Of a stretch of DNA of 64,000 bases, positions 18,416-29,072 are shown one piece after another. The notes under the pieces were generated by a model. It saw only the letters and a program-made list of their open reading frames with translations. It ran no database searches and had not been told where the DNA came from. A program made the position numbers and the translations under genes. The number at the start of each line of letters is the position of its first letter. Position 1 is the stretch's first letter. Origin of the DNA: an uncultured Caproiciproducens sp. (GTDB lineage Bacteria; Bacillota; Clostridia; Oscillospirales; Acutalibacteraceae); the NCBI GenBank assembly GCA_964517505.1, contig CAZFED010000004.1, positions 238,369 to 302,368 on the forward strand, given 5' to 3'.

Positions 18416-19213
18416 TCGTATCTATTCCTTTCGATATAATAATACTCATACATAAATTAACAATTGCTGTTGATTATATTTTCAAATTGAAGATTGCAAT
18501 CATTTTCAATAAGTTATTTTTTAAAGATAAAATGACTCATCCACATTTCCGTATCCTCCTGTTTAAAACACCTGCTCATACTCCGCTCCAAAATTATCAT
18601 ATTAGCAACTTAAAAATCTGTCACCATCCTAAAAATGAAGGTAATTTGCTTGTCTGTTAAGTATAACACAATAAAATAAATTTTCAATTACTATCTAAAA
18701 TATATTTTTATTTTAAGTCGTTTTCTTGTTTATTATTAAGATATCACTCGTGTAAACAACTGTTTTATATAAAAATAAAAAATATTTTTATTTTTTGTGC
18801 ATTTTAATTTTGCACCACCATACCTATATACTGTCCAATATTATCAACTTAAGATAAAAAAAGATTGGAATATTGAAAAGTTCAAAAGCATCGATAATAA
18901 TAAAAATGATTTTCCAATAGAACCCGCGACACCATTTTTCACTATTTTATAGTCATAAAAGATTTACTGACATTTAATTTGAACAAAAAGAATAATTTAT
19001 GAAAAAATTTTCTATTGTGTGAACAGTCAGTCTATACTAAATCACCAATTTATATTTAATTTTTATAAAACAATTGGATTATATTCCGTTTTAATCTTTT
19101 AATGGAAAATATACTTAAATTTTAGTTTCTTATTTCTATATATAGATTAAAAAAAATTTTTAATATCATATAATTATATTATTGAAATTCAATTAGTTAG
19201 TGGAGGTGTCCTT

Positions 19214-20131
19214 TTGAAAATAGCTGCACTTGATATTGGTGGAACGGCAATTAAATATTGCCTTTATAATGACCAATATGAATTCAAAAAAGATACAGTC
19301 CTTGAAACACCAACAAACGCACTTTTAGGCGGGAAAGTGCTCATGGAAAAGGTTAAAAACATCATTTCTTCCATGGGTGACTTTGATGCGATTGCAATCA
19401 GTTCGGCAGGTCAAGTCGACCCTGTAACCGGTTCAATTATTTACGCAACAGATAATATTCCTGACTATACAGGCACTCAAATCAAAAAAGAACTTGAAGG
19501 ATCATTTCAAGTTCCCGTAGTGGTTGAAAATGATGTGAATGCCGCAGCATTGGGTGAGGCATTCTTTGGGGCCGGCATGGATTATGATTCTTTTTTGTGT
19601 CTGACCTATGGCACGGGGATTGGCGGAGCCATTGTTATGGATCACAAAATTTATCATGGTAATTCTTGCTCCGCGGGTGAAATGGGACACATTATTACAC
19701 ACGCCGGTGGCTTAAAATGCACTTGTGGTAATAATGGGTGCTATGAAAGTTATGCATCAACTACTGCTCTTGCTCGCACGGTAAAGCAATACAGTGGGTT
19801 AGACTTAAACGGCCGAGAAATATTCGCGGTAATTCAAACCAATTCTCGTGTGAAAGAAGCAGTACTCGCTTGGATTGACGAAGTTATGTGGGGACTAGTT
19901 TCTCTTATCTATATCTTTAATCCACCTTGCATTATTCTTGGTGGTGGAATTATGAATGAAGAATTTATTCATAATTATATACAGAAAAACATTAGCAAAC
20001 ATGTTATGCAAAGCTATCGACAAATCCAAATTAAAAAAGCTTCGCTGGGCAATACCGCAGGTTTGCAGGGAGTTATCCATCTGACAAAAATCTACGTGGA
20101 GAAAAGAGGAAATACGAACAATGTTATATGA
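19214..20131 (+). CDS. ROK-family sugar kinase (NanK/N-acetylmannosamine kinase-like)
   Basis: TTG start with RBS GGAGGTG. 'LDIGGT' phosphate-1 motif. Zinc-binding ROK signature 'CTCGNNGCYESYAS'. Confidence 0.8.
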   Translation: MKIAALDIGGTAIKYCLYNDQYEFKKDTVLETPTNALLGGKVLMEKVKNIISSMGDFDAIAISSAGQVDPVTGSIIYATDNIPDYTGTQIKKELEGSFQVPVVVENDVNAAALGEAFFGAGMDYDSFLCLTYGTGIGGAIVMDHKIYHGNSCSAGEMGHIITHAGGLKCTCGNNGCYESYASTTALARTVKQYSGLDLNGREIFAVIQTNSRVKEAVLAWIDEVMWGLVSLIYIFNPPCIILGGGIMNEEFIHNYIQKNISKHVMQSYRQIQIKKASLGNTAGLQGVIHLTKIYVEKRGNTNNVI

Positions 20132-20978
20132 TATATTCGCAAAAATTCACGCCAGTGATAAAGTATTTACCAAGGCAGAACACAAGGTAGCTAACTTTGT
20201 TTTAGAATCCCCACGAGAGGCCATGAATATGTCAATCACTGACTTAGCTGAGCGCTGTGGTGTTGGCGATACTTCTGTTTTCCGTTTTTGCAAAACCCTG
20301 AAATTAAGCGGATATCAAGATTTTAGAATGACACTTGCACAGTCACTAAGCAGTAATGACGATTCAAGCGGGATGACATTATCTGATGAGATAAATATTA
20401 GTGACTCCACAGATGAAGTATGCCGCAAGCTTCTCAATACTGATATTGCCGCATTGAATCAAACCCTTGACATGATTAATAACAACGATATTCAAAAAGC
20501 GATTGAGATGATTCAAAATGCACGCATGATTCATTTTTTTGGTGTTGGATCATCTGGAATTATGGCACTCGAGGCAAAAAACAAGTTTGCGCGCATTCTG
20601 CCAAACGTAATTGTGGCGCAAGATTCTCATATGCAGTCGATGGTTGCCGCTCTGCTGGGAGAAAACGATTTGGCGATTGCTTTTTCCTATTCCGGTTCCA
20701 CCAAAGACATCATTGAAACATTAAAACGCGCAAAGCAAAATAATGCGAAAACCATTTGTATTACCAGGTATGCAGAATCCCCGCTGACTGCCTATGCGGA
20801 CATTGTGCTGCTGTGTGGTGCAAATGAAGGACCTTTTCAAGGTGGCTCGCTTTCCGCAAAGGTAGCTCAGCTTTACCTGCTTGATGTTCTATACACGGAA
20901 TACTTTAAGAAAAATTACGCAGTCTGTGATTATAATAAAAGACGTACCACAGAATCCATTGCATCAAAGCTCTTATAA
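20121..20978 (+). CDS. MurR/RpiR-family transcriptional regulator (HTH_6 + SIS domain)
   Basis: N-terminal HTH followed by SIS domain motifs 'FFGVGSSG' and 'AFSYSGSTKD'. Translationally coupled to the ROK kinase gene. Confidence 0.8.
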   Translation: MLYDIFAKIHASDKVFTKAEHKVANFVLESPREAMNMSITDLAERCGVGDTSVFRFCKTLKLSGYQDFRMTLAQSLSSNDDSSGMTLSDEINISDSTDEVCRKLLNTDIAALNQTLDMINNNDIQKAIEMIQNARMIHFFGVGSSGIMALEAKNKFARILPNVIVAQDSHMQSMVAALLGENDLAIAFSYSGSTKDIIETLKRAKQNNAKTICITRYAESPLTAYADIVLLCGANEGPFQGGSLSAKVAQLYLLDVLYTEYFKKNYAVCDYNKRRTTESIASKLL

Positions 20979-21066
20979 ATCCCATGGGTGAAACAAAATT
21001 TAAAACGGCATATCGAAGTGGTGCAGAAAACTTTTTTGGTTTCTGCACCACTTTTTTATCCGTCTA

Positions 21067-22968
21067 TTAGAATTGTCCCAAAATATTTTGAGTAGTGGTA
21101 TTTTTATAGGAATTGCAGCAGACATACGTATCATCGAAACAGGCGCCCGAAAGGGCAAACGGCAGCAAGGGCTCTTCAAGCTCTTCAATAGCAGAAATTT
21201 CATTGTTTAAATAGGCAGTCAATCGTGAAATAACGGTATCAATTCTGCTGACAACACCGCCTAAGCGAATATCAATCACCTCAAACCCATATCCTTTGCT
21301 TTCATAAAACCATACTTTAGAGAAATCCTGCTTAAACGCAAGCACATCCTCTTTTAGACGCGGCAAAACCGTTTTGGATATTTTGAGAATTTCATCTTTG
21401 TTATAAGTTTGGTATGCTTTTCTAAGCTGAACGCCCAGCATTGATTTTTCTGCAAGTACTTTAGCCAAACTGGCGTACATTTGAAATAGCGGTGCAAATT
21501 GACCTGCACGCTTTGCAATTTCCAGCAGTTGCTTCTCGCAGGTTTGATAATGCAAAACAATCGCCTGATTGTCAAAATACGGATCAAACGCACCCAGCAA
21601 AAGATCCTGAAAAAGAATATGCTTGGAGGGATTAAGCGTCTTGAGATTTGGGTTTTCACAACCGGGAAGAATATCAAGCTGTTCAATTGTTTGATAATCG
21701 GATAGGGAAAGTCCGGTTAATAATTTGCATTTTTCATCAATTGCAGCATCGTCAAACGGCTGCCCGAAGCAATGCTCACCAAACAAAATAAGTCCGGGGA
21801 AAATCGTTTCTATCGGAGTTTCCGACCCGTCATCGCCCCAGGCGGTTGCCATAATCTCTTTTACATTATGCTTTTTGCACATAGAAAGCGCGGCATTTGT
21901 TGTAATAAAAGTTTTCGAATACGTGGGTATATAACCCATCCAGCGCCAGATACCGCCAACAAAAATAATATCATTTGAAAAACGATCCCTCATCTGAAGC
22001 AATTTGTCATATTCGCTTTCGTTATCGTGATAATAGTCCCAATATCCAAGTATCACATTCTTTGGCACTTGCGCAATGTCTTCATCGCTAAGCTGCACAT
22101 CAACATTATAGTATTCATGGTCAACATCATGGGCACGATAAAACATATCATCCCATATCATTGGAATCATGTCATATTTTTTGACAATCTCATTAACACG
22201 ATTAAGGTGTTCAACCATTAAGCTAAATTGATTAACATAGCCGTGCTTCTTTAAATATGTGCCTGTGCCGAGGTTCATTGCCTCATCCATGCCAATATGA
22301 ATTTTGTTTGTTCGGAATGTATTTTTTAAAGTGGAAATCATCGTTTCAATGAATTGATAAGTTGTCTCTTCGCCGACAAGCAAAATATCATCCGTATCTT
22401 TAATTGATTCCGCATAGCTCCATTTTAATGTGTTTTTCAAATGGGCAAGCGTCTGAATGCAAGGAATTGCTTCGATGCCAAGGGAGAATGCAAAATCGTC
22501 GATTTCCTTTAATTCATGCAGCGAATACTTTCCCCTTAAGTAGCCGAAATATGGATACCCGGGCAGTTCATAGGTATCTTCCATATACAAATAGCAGCGA
22601 TTATGACCGGCTAATGCCATAAAAGACAGTAGGCGCTTCATCTCTGTGACTGTATATACCGCATTTCTGGAAAGGTCAATCATAGAGGAACAGCCTTCAA
22701 ACAGCGCGGTTTCCTGCTTTTCAAAATTGTTTTTATCTTTGTTTTGCAGCAAAATGGGCAGTGCATAAAAAAAGTTACTTGCTTTCTTATATGCAATGTG
22801 GAATCCGTTTTTCGTACTAACTTTTAAAGAAATATTAGTATTAGGCTCTAACTGCTCTACTGCTATCTCAATATCTTCCTGATTGAGTAGTTTAAACGAA
22901 TAAACACCTAAAAGATTTTGCAGACCGACTTCAACTTCTTCTGAATCTCCCGTCAAATGAATCTTCAT
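21067..22968 (-). CDS. Putative glycoside hydrolase, GH20-like (beta-N-acetylhexosaminidase-like)
   Basis: 633 aa, no signal peptide. 'HIGMDEA' resembles the GH20 catalytic H-x-G-G-D-E block. An upstream acidic 'YLYMEDTYE' block is also present. The family call is tentative. Confidence 0.4.
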   Translation of the reverse strand: MKIHLTGDSEEVEVGLQNLLGVYSFKLLNQEDIEIAVEQLEPNTNISLKVSTKNGFHIAYKKASNFFYALPILLQNKDKNNFEKQETALFEGCSSMIDLSRNAVYTVTEMKRLLSFMALAGHNRCYLYMEDTYELPGYPYFGYLRGKYSLHELKEIDDFAFSLGIEAIPCIQTLAHLKNTLKWSYAESIKDTDDILLVGEETTYQFIETMISTLKNTFRTNKIHIGMDEAMNLGTGTYLKKHGYVNQFSLMVEHLNRVNEIVKKYDMIPMIWDDMFYRAHDVDHEYYNVDVQLSDEDIAQVPKNVILGYWDYYHDNESEYDKLLQMRDRFSNDIIFVGGIWRWMGYIPTYSKTFITTNAALSMCKKHNVKEIMATAWGDDGSETPIETIFPGLILFGEHCFGQPFDDAAIDEKCKLLTGLSLSDYQTIEQLDILPGCENPNLKTLNPSKHILFQDLLLGAFDPYFDNQAIVLHYQTCEKQLLEIAKRAGQFAPLFQMYASLAKVLAEKSMLGVQLRKAYQTYNKDEILKISKTVLPRLKEDVLAFKQDFSKVWFYESKGYGFEVIDIRLGGVVSRIDTVISRLTAYLNNEISAIEELEEPLLPFALSGACFDDTYVCCNSYKNTTTQNILGQF

Positions 22969-23198
22969 GATTTTACAACCGCCTTTACTTAAATAGCAAT
23001 AAACTCATAATGCGCTTCTGTATAATTTGACACAGAAGCTGGCCATTCAAATCTCTCAAATAAATTTACAAAAAACGAAACAGTCCACTTATCATTTTTA
23101 CACGATACCTATGCTGCTAGTAAGATTTCAACATAGACTAAATCGCCTTCTAATAACCTAACGATTTATGCGAACTCCAGCTAGGCATTTTCAACAAT

Positions 23199-24173
23199 TT
23201 AATGATTCATGTTCAAATCTATCGTGGTCTCATTATCTTTTTTCGTCTGAGTTACTGTGGTAGTGATATACTTGATTGTACTGGTCTTATCCGGCCACAT
23301 AAATCTGTCTGCAGTGAGTTCTTCAGTCCAAAGGAAACTGCCGGAAGCGTTATATAAACGCAAATCTGATGCTTGTATGTTTTTCATGTACAAATCCTGA
23401 TTCGTATTATATAGCGTAATTTGCTCCCAATCATCAGTATCTTCATTTTTCGTATCTTTGCGGATATCCTCCGGGAAATCCAGTGCATAATCTTGATAAA
23501 TGGCAATGTTGCTGCCATCCGCTTTTGAATAATACAAGCTAAATTGTTTGGAATCCACTTTTTTATTGCCATTCGTAACATCATAGACTGACAAAGTAAC
23601 CTGTTCATCTTTTTCTGATGCGTCCAATACGAGTTTATAATCATGAGTGGTATCAAGTTCAACAGATGATTCCCACCAGGTAGGTTCATCCGGGTCTGCT
23701 GAATAACGATTAATACAAGCATGACACTTTCCTGTGCTTCCTATAAAGCCCAATCCGGCATCTATACAATTTGCCCATTGATCGTCCGTGCTGTTGTAAA
23801 TATCCATTCCTATAAATGCATAACCGTTAACTGTTTTTTTATCACTTTTGCGAACCAAGTTTGTCCTCATTTTGCTGACAGCAATTACTTGTGACGCCTT
23901 GTTATAGCCTTCTTTTGAATAGACAACATAGGCAGGACCATCATTATCGCCCTGTTTATCACCATTGTTTGTCCAAGTAAGATTTGTTGATACATTACTT
24001 GTAGCTGCACTCTTCGAAGACGTATTCGTTGAAGATGACTTCGTTGCAGTTGTACTGCTTGTAGAGACATTGTTTGAACAGGCTGAAAGGAGCAGTATAC
24101 AGGCAATCGCTAAAATCAGCATTCTCTTTTTCATAATCTTTTTCATACTATTAGTTTCCTTTATGTAAAACAT
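23199..24173 (-). CDS. Lipoprotein of unknown family, paralog 1 of 3
   Basis: Signal peptide plus lipobox 'LLLSAC', then an S/T-rich linker. Conserved blocks shared with the two neighbouring genes, including the C-terminal 'TIDLNMNH'. Confidence 0.6.
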   Translation of the reverse strand: MFYIKETNSMKKIMKKRMLILAIACILLLSACSNNVSTSSTTATKSSSTNTSSKSAATSNVSTNLTWTNNGDKQGDNDGPAYVVYSKEGYNKASQVIAVSKMRTNLVRKSDKKTVNGYAFIGMDIYNSTDDQWANCIDAGLGFIGSTGKCHACINRYSADPDEPTWWESSVELDTTHDYKLVLDASEKDEQVTLSVYDVTNGNKKVDSKQFSLYYSKADGSNIAIYQDYALDFPEDIRKDTKNEDTDDWEQITLYNTNQDLYMKNIQASDLRLYNASGSFLWTEELTADRFMWPDKTSTIKYITTTVTQTKKDNETTIDLNMNH

Positions 24174-24177
24174 AGTC

Positions 24178-25014
24178 TTAATGATTCATGTTTAAATCGA
24201 TCGTAGTCTCATAGTCTTTTTTTGTTGCATTCACAGTCGTACAGACATAATCAACTGTTCTGGTCTTATACGGCCACATAAATCTGTCTTCCGTGTATTC
24301 TTCCGTCCAAAGGAAGCTTCCGGAATCGTTATATAAAAACGCATCCGTTACTTGTATATTCTTCATGTACAAGCCTTGATCGGTATTGTATAGCGTAACT
24401 TGATCCCAATCTTTTGATTCATTATTATTTGTATCTTTGCAGACATCATCAGGAAAATCGATTGCATAATCTTGATAATAAGCAGTGTTGCTGCCATCTG
24501 TTTTGAGGCCATGCAGACTGAATTCTTTGAAATCCACTGTTTTATTTTCATCAGTAACATCAACGATTGACAAAATCATCTGTCCATCCTTTTTTGAGGA
24601 GTCCAAAATAATCTGATAATCATGAGTGGTATCCAGTTCAGTAGGGGATTCCCACCAGGAAATTTCATCAGAATCCACTATAAAGCGATTCACAAAAGCA
24701 TGAAACTTTCCGGTGCTTCCGATGAAACCCAATCCGGCATCTGCGCAGTTTTTCCATTCATTCGTATTACTGTCATAAACATCAATTCCTAAAAACAGAT
24801 AAGCGTTAACTGTTTTTTTATCGCTTTTCCTAATAAAATTTGTCTTTATTTTGCTGATAGCAACTACTTCGGATGCCTTGTTATAGCCTATATTTGAATA
24901 AACAACATAGGCAGGGCCGTCATTATCCCCCACCTTGGTACTGTTGTTTATCCAAGTTAGATTTGTTGATATACTACTATCAGTTCCTTTATTTGAAGAT
25001 ACGGTCTTATTCAT
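24178..25014 (-). CDS. Paralog 2 of 3; lacks signal peptide and lipobox (N-terminally truncated copy or cytoplasmic variant)
   Basis: Starts 'MNKTVSSNKGTDSSISTNLTWINN', directly at the conserved domain. Only 33 nt from the upstream gene. C-terminus identical to paralog 1 ('TIDLNMNH'). Confidence 0.55.
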   Translation of the reverse strand: MNKTVSSNKGTDSSISTNLTWINNSTKVGDNDGPAYVVYSNIGYNKASEVVAISKIKTNFIRKSDKKTVNAYLFLGIDVYDSNTNEWKNCADAGLGFIGSTGKFHAFVNRFIVDSDEISWWESPTELDTTHDYQIILDSSKKDGQMILSIVDVTDENKTVDFKEFSLHGLKTDGSNTAYYQDYAIDFPDDVCKDTNNNESKDWDQVTLYNTDQGLYMKNIQVTDAFLYNDSGSFLWTEEYTEDRFMWPYKTRTVDYVCTTVNATKKDYETTIDLNMNH

Positions 25015-25047
25015 ACTATTCAGCCTTCCCTTATGTAAAATATCACT

Positions 25048-25990
25048 TTAATGATTCAAGTTTATATCAACGACTTCTTCATAATCTTGTTTGACAGATG
25101 TTAAATTAACACAATTGTATGTGATTGAGGTAGGCTTGTTCGGCCACATAAACCTATCTTTTGTGCAGCTCTGAACCCAAGAATGGCTTCCGGAAGCGTT
25201 GTATAAAATTGCTTCTTTCAAAGTTGCATTTTTAAAGTACAAGTCCTCGTTGGTATTATATTTTAGAACTTCTTCATAATCAGTTGAATCTGCATTACCC
25301 TCTGTATCACAGCAAATATCTGGTGGAAAAGCCATTGAGATGCAGTGGTAGTAGGAAGTCGTGCTGCCGTCCGCTTTCGAATAATAAAATTCAAAGGATT
25401 TTGTATCTACTATTTTGTTATTGTCCGTAACGTCAATAACTTGCAAGGTAATCTGTTCATCTTTTTTCGATGAATCCAGTACAAGTTTATAATCATGGGT
25501 CTCATCAAGGTTAACCGTTGATTCCCACCATTTATTATCATCCGGATCAACCATGTAACGGTTTGCACAAGCATGCCATTTCCCATCATTTCCGGAACGG
25601 AGCAAACCTGCATCTACGCAATTCGCCCATTGTTTCCCGTCTCTGTAAACATCAATTCCCAAAAACGCATAGGCATTAATGGCCTTCTTATCTGATTTTC
25701 TTGAAAGGTTTGTTTTGGCTTCGCTGAGACAAACAATTGCAGAAGCCTTATTATATCCTACATTAGAATAAACTGAATAGCCGGGTCCATCAGACGGACC
25801 GTCTTTTATGCCACTGTTTGTCCACGTCAGATTATTGTTTGCGGTAGTCATCACCGATGCAGTTGTTGAAGATGTACTCTTGGGAGCAGCACTCTTTGAA
25901 GATGCACTGCTTGTAGATATATTACTGGAACAACCTGAAAAAAGGAGCGTTAAAACGATAAAATAAATTACAGAAATCCGTTTTTTCAAA
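25048..25990 (-). CDS. Paralog 3 of 3, lipoprotein; start revised to a TTG with a strong RBS
   Basis: The ORF-track ATG start at 26082 would overlap the GNAT gene by 82 nt. An in-frame TTG at 25990 is preceded by TAGGAGGG at 7-nt spacing and yields M-KKRISVIYFIVLTLLFSGCSS, a signal peptide plus lipobox. Confidence 0.55.
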
Positions 25991-26000
25991 ATTAGCCCTC

Positions 26001-26960
26001 CTAAAATTCCTTGTATGCCCCCAAATAGGTACGCCAAGGAGTAAAACCAAACTGGCCATAAAATTCCTTTAGAATTGTCCAATCAATATTGACATTGTGA
26101 GCACCCAATAATTTGAGATGCTTCAATGAATCGCAGAGTATCCGGTTGCCTAAACCCATTCCACGCACATCTTCCGAAATGCCAATCGGGCCTAAACCGC
26201 CCCAATTGTTTCCAAGCTGGGTGGTAAACTCATCATCTGCATTATGGCTTACATATACTTTGCAAAAGCCCTTTACTTCTTTTCCTTTACAAAGCAAAAG
26301 TACATGATTAAAATCTCCGCCATCTTTTATGTAGTTCATAATTTCAAATTTCCATCGTCCCGGAAATTCCTTGTCAAAAAACGTTTCCACTGCCGGTATA
26401 TCCTGTTGAGACACAGGTTTCGTAACAAAATCCTCCGTACGGTTTACCTTTACCGGAAAACTATCAAAATCAATTTCCGATACATCTGCGGCCAAATCAT
26501 AATGTTCAATATCGTTCAGTTCAAAGCCAAACTTTGAAAAGAACATTTGTGTTCCTTTTGATGGTGAGGGGATACCGGAAAAGAAGTTATTCATTTCACC
26601 AGCAATAAGCAGTGTTTTTACACCAACATTTCTTAATTCATCTTCAGCCTTGCTGTACATAAAACTGCCCAAACCGCTGCGTCTGTACGGCTCATCCACA
26701 AGCAGCACACTAAGCCATGCGGTCTGTTGGTATTCCGGCAAACTATTATCTGAAATTTTTGTAGCAATAAATCCGATTATCTTCTCATCTTTGATGCACA
26801 CAAATGTACCTGGAAAAAAAAGGTCGCTGTCATTTACCACCTTATTCATCAGCATAGTCTTATTTACATGATAAGCTTGCGGAAAATTCCGGTTCCAAAG
26901 TTCAGCAATTTCCGGTACGTTACTTTTTTCCCACGAATGAACAATTATTTTACTCTCCAT
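26001..26960 (-). CDS. Tandem-GNAT N-acetyltransferase
   Basis: 319 aa with two acetyl-CoA-binding blocks ('RRSGLGSFMYSKAEDELRNVGVKTL' and 'RGMGLGNRILCDSLKHLKLLGAHNV'). Confidence 0.7.
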   Translation of the reverse strand: MESKIIVHSWEKSNVPEIAELWNRNFPQAYHVNKTMLMNKVVNDSDLFFPGTFVCIKDEKIIGFIATKISDNSLPEYQQTAWLSVLLVDEPYRRSGLGSFMYSKAEDELRNVGVKTLLIAGEMNNFFSGIPSPSKGTQMFFSKFGFELNDIEHYDLAADVSEIDFDSFPVKVNRTEDFVTKPVSQQDIPAVETFFDKEFPGRWKFEIMNYIKDGGDFNHVLLLCKGKEVKGFCKVYVSHNADDEFTTQLGNNWGGLGPIGISEDVRGMGLGNRILCDSLKHLKLLGAHNVNIDWTILKEFYGQFGFTPWRTYLGAYKEF

Positions 26961-26974
26961 TGACTATACCTCTT

Positions 26975-28195
26975 TTACATTTTACAAAGGTCCCACCAAT
27001 TGTAATCATCAATATAACACAAATCAAACAACATGCAGCCGGATGATTTTTTGAAACACATTTCAACGGCCTTTCTAAAGTTATCACCGTTATTCTCATA
27101 TTGCTGCAAAAACAGGCTGCCTACATAAGGGACGGTATCACCCACTACCTGCTGCACCAAATCGCCCGAACCCTCCACGCTGTACCAGTAATCAGGCTGA
27201 TTACTTTCTTTGGCATCCAGCCTTGTGACATCACTGTAATAAAATCCGGACAAAAGTGTATCAAGGTATTTCGCATATCCTGTCTGTGCATACTCCGTTG
27301 CATTCACCCCTGGATATTCCTTTGGGGTGTAACAATCACTTGCCCAGTTGGCTCCCACTAAATAGTACAAAGGATACCACGAACCGGTGTAATCTATAAA
27401 ATCAACCTTTTTGTCCGCATGATCAATTACGTTTCTTACCTTAACAATAAAATCCTTGATAACCTGTGCCCGAAACGTGATCCATTTTCCAAAATCAGAA
27501 CCGTATTCAACCTGTATGCCAGATTCTCCAGAAACCAGGCGATAGATATCTTGCGGCCAGGATTCTACTTTTTTACCCTCAAATTTTTCGAATTTTTCTC
27601 TGGTATAATCGCTGAAATCGGAACTGAGCCCAACAAAGCGTACTCTGTCAAGCACAATACCGTTAATGTCATAATTTGCAAGAAGCTCTTGAATAATAGA
27701 AAGCTCATAGTCCTGCACTTCATCCATTACCGGATTGACAAACACTTCATTAAAGTCATCAATGGAACCGGTTGCTTCAATGGGCGCTGCATCGGTAACC
27801 TTCTGCACTTTTGCATTGCCCGTTTTATCAACCCCATAAATATGCGTTTGCCAAGATGGGTGGGAAAACCCCGGCGAAAGAGGATTCATTTGCTTTGTTC
27901 TGCCCTCAGAAAAAACATCAATCCCAGCGTACAGCTTAATAGAGTGTTTATGCGCAAGTTTAACATATGCCTGCAAATAATCAATATCTTCAAAATCGTG
28001 GTCAAACGCGGAATAGTGTGGAACAAATTTACTGTTGTAAAGACAAAATCCGGTTGTGTCCTTAACACTCAGTATTACAGAGCCAATGCCTGCCTCTACA
28101 CATTTTTTTAGTACATTTTCGAAAGCGGCGGAGTCTAAAATCCGCTTTTTATTTGCTTCTATTTCAACCCAAACATAATATTGATCATTTAACAA
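26975..28195 (-). CDS. Putative TIM-barrel glycoside-hydrolase-like protein (GHL/DUF-type)
   Basis: 406 aa, cytoplasmic. Pattern reminiscent of the GH-like-10/DUF187 family. Low certainty. Confidence 0.3.
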   Translation of the reverse strand: MLNDQYYVWVEIEANKKRILDSAAFENVLKKCVEAGIGSVILSVKDTTGFCLYNSKFVPHYSAFDHDFEDIDYLQAYVKLAHKHSIKLYAGIDVFSEGRTKQMNPLSPGFSHPSWQTHIYGVDKTGNAKVQKVTDAAPIEATGSIDDFNEVFVNPVMDEVQDYELSIIQELLANYDINGIVLDRVRFVGLSSDFSDYTREKFEKFEGKKVESWPQDIYRLVSGESGIQVEYGSDFGKWITFRAQVIKDFIVKVRNVIDHADKKVDFIDYTGSWYPLYYLVGANWASDCYTPKEYPGVNATEYAQTGYAKYLDTLLSGFYYSDVTRLDAKESNQPDYWYSVEGSGDLVQQVVGDTVPYVGSLFLQQYENNGDNFRKAVEMCFKKSSGCMLFDLCYIDDYNWWDLCKM

Positions 28196-28205
28196 ACAAA
28201 AATCA

Positions 28206-29072
28206 CTATCCTTTTACAGCTCCAGCAACTGCTTCAATATAATTTTTCTGGAATACTAAAAATACGATGATAACAGGAATAATTGAGATAATGGTACCTG
28301 CAGCAATATACCCAAACTTGTAGTTAAACATACCGTTAAGATATTGCAGCGCAGTTGCGAGTGGATATTTTGTCGGATCCTGCAAGATAATAACAGGCCA
28401 AAGGAATTGATTCCAGTTGCCAATAAAGTCAAAAATAATGACGGTAGTAATAGTAGGCTTTATTTCCGGGAGCATAATTTTTGCCCAAATTTTCATTTCG
28501 GACGCGCCGTCTATTCTCGCAGCATCCATTAACTCCTTCGGAATGCCCAAATAAGCTTGACGCAACAAAATAATACTGAACGATCCAACTGAACAAGGCA
28601 GAATGCAACCCATAAATGTATTCAACAGGTGCATATGACTGATCGTCAAATATGTAATAACAAGCCCGGCAGCAGCTGGTATAATCATAATAGCAACGAG
28701 TAGGGCAAAAACAAGTTTTTTACCAGGGAATTTCATAAGTGCCAACGGATATGCGCATAAAGATGAGAAAATGACATCCAATGCAATTGCTCCGATGGTA
28801 ATAATCAAAGTATTCACTACATATTGAGGAATGTTCATAAATTTGATGACGCCGGTAAAATTATCTAAAGAAATTTTACCTGAAAATAAGTTAAGATCAT
28901 ATAAATTCGCACCGGTTCTAAAAGAAGTAAAGAGCAGCCACAGAAATGGGCCGGCAAATATCACCGCAATAATAACTAGCATCAGATAGACCAAAAACGT
29001 TAAAATCACTTTTTTGGTTTTCTTTTTTGGTTTCTTTTGGGTTGATTTATTAATAGCAATCGTACTAGTCAT
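28206..29072 (-). CDS. Carbohydrate ABC transporter permease (MalG-like)
   Basis: Six TM segments and EAA loop 'LMDAARIDGASEMKIWAKIMLP'. Confidence 0.8.
   Translation of the reverse strand: MTSTIAINKSTQKKPKKKTKKVILTFLVYLMLVIIAVIFAGPFLWLLFTSFRTGANLYDLNLFSGKISLDNFTGVIKFMNIPQYVVNTLIITIGAIALDVIFSSLCAYPLALMKFPGKKLVFALLVAIMIIPAAAGLVITYLTISHMHLLNTFMGCILPCSVGSFSIILLRQAYLGIPKELMDAARIDGASEMKIWAKIMLPEIKPTITTVIIFDFIGNWNQFLWPVIILQDPTKYPLATALQYLNGMFNYKFGYIAAGTIISIIPVIIVFLVFQKNYIEAVAGAVKG

Noticed and set aside
18202-18660. 152-aa plus-strand ORF spanning the start of the DUF4127 gene and the AT-rich intergenic region
   Set aside because: It overlaps a well-supported gene in antisense and runs into promoter DNA. 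It has no RBS and its composition is atypical.
25991-26082. ATG start given in the ORF track for lipoprotein paralog 3, extending it to 344 aa
   Set aside because: It would overlap the upstream GNAT gene by 82 nt and add a non-signal-peptide leader. An internal TTG with a TAGGAGGG RBS gives a canonical lipoprotein signal peptide.
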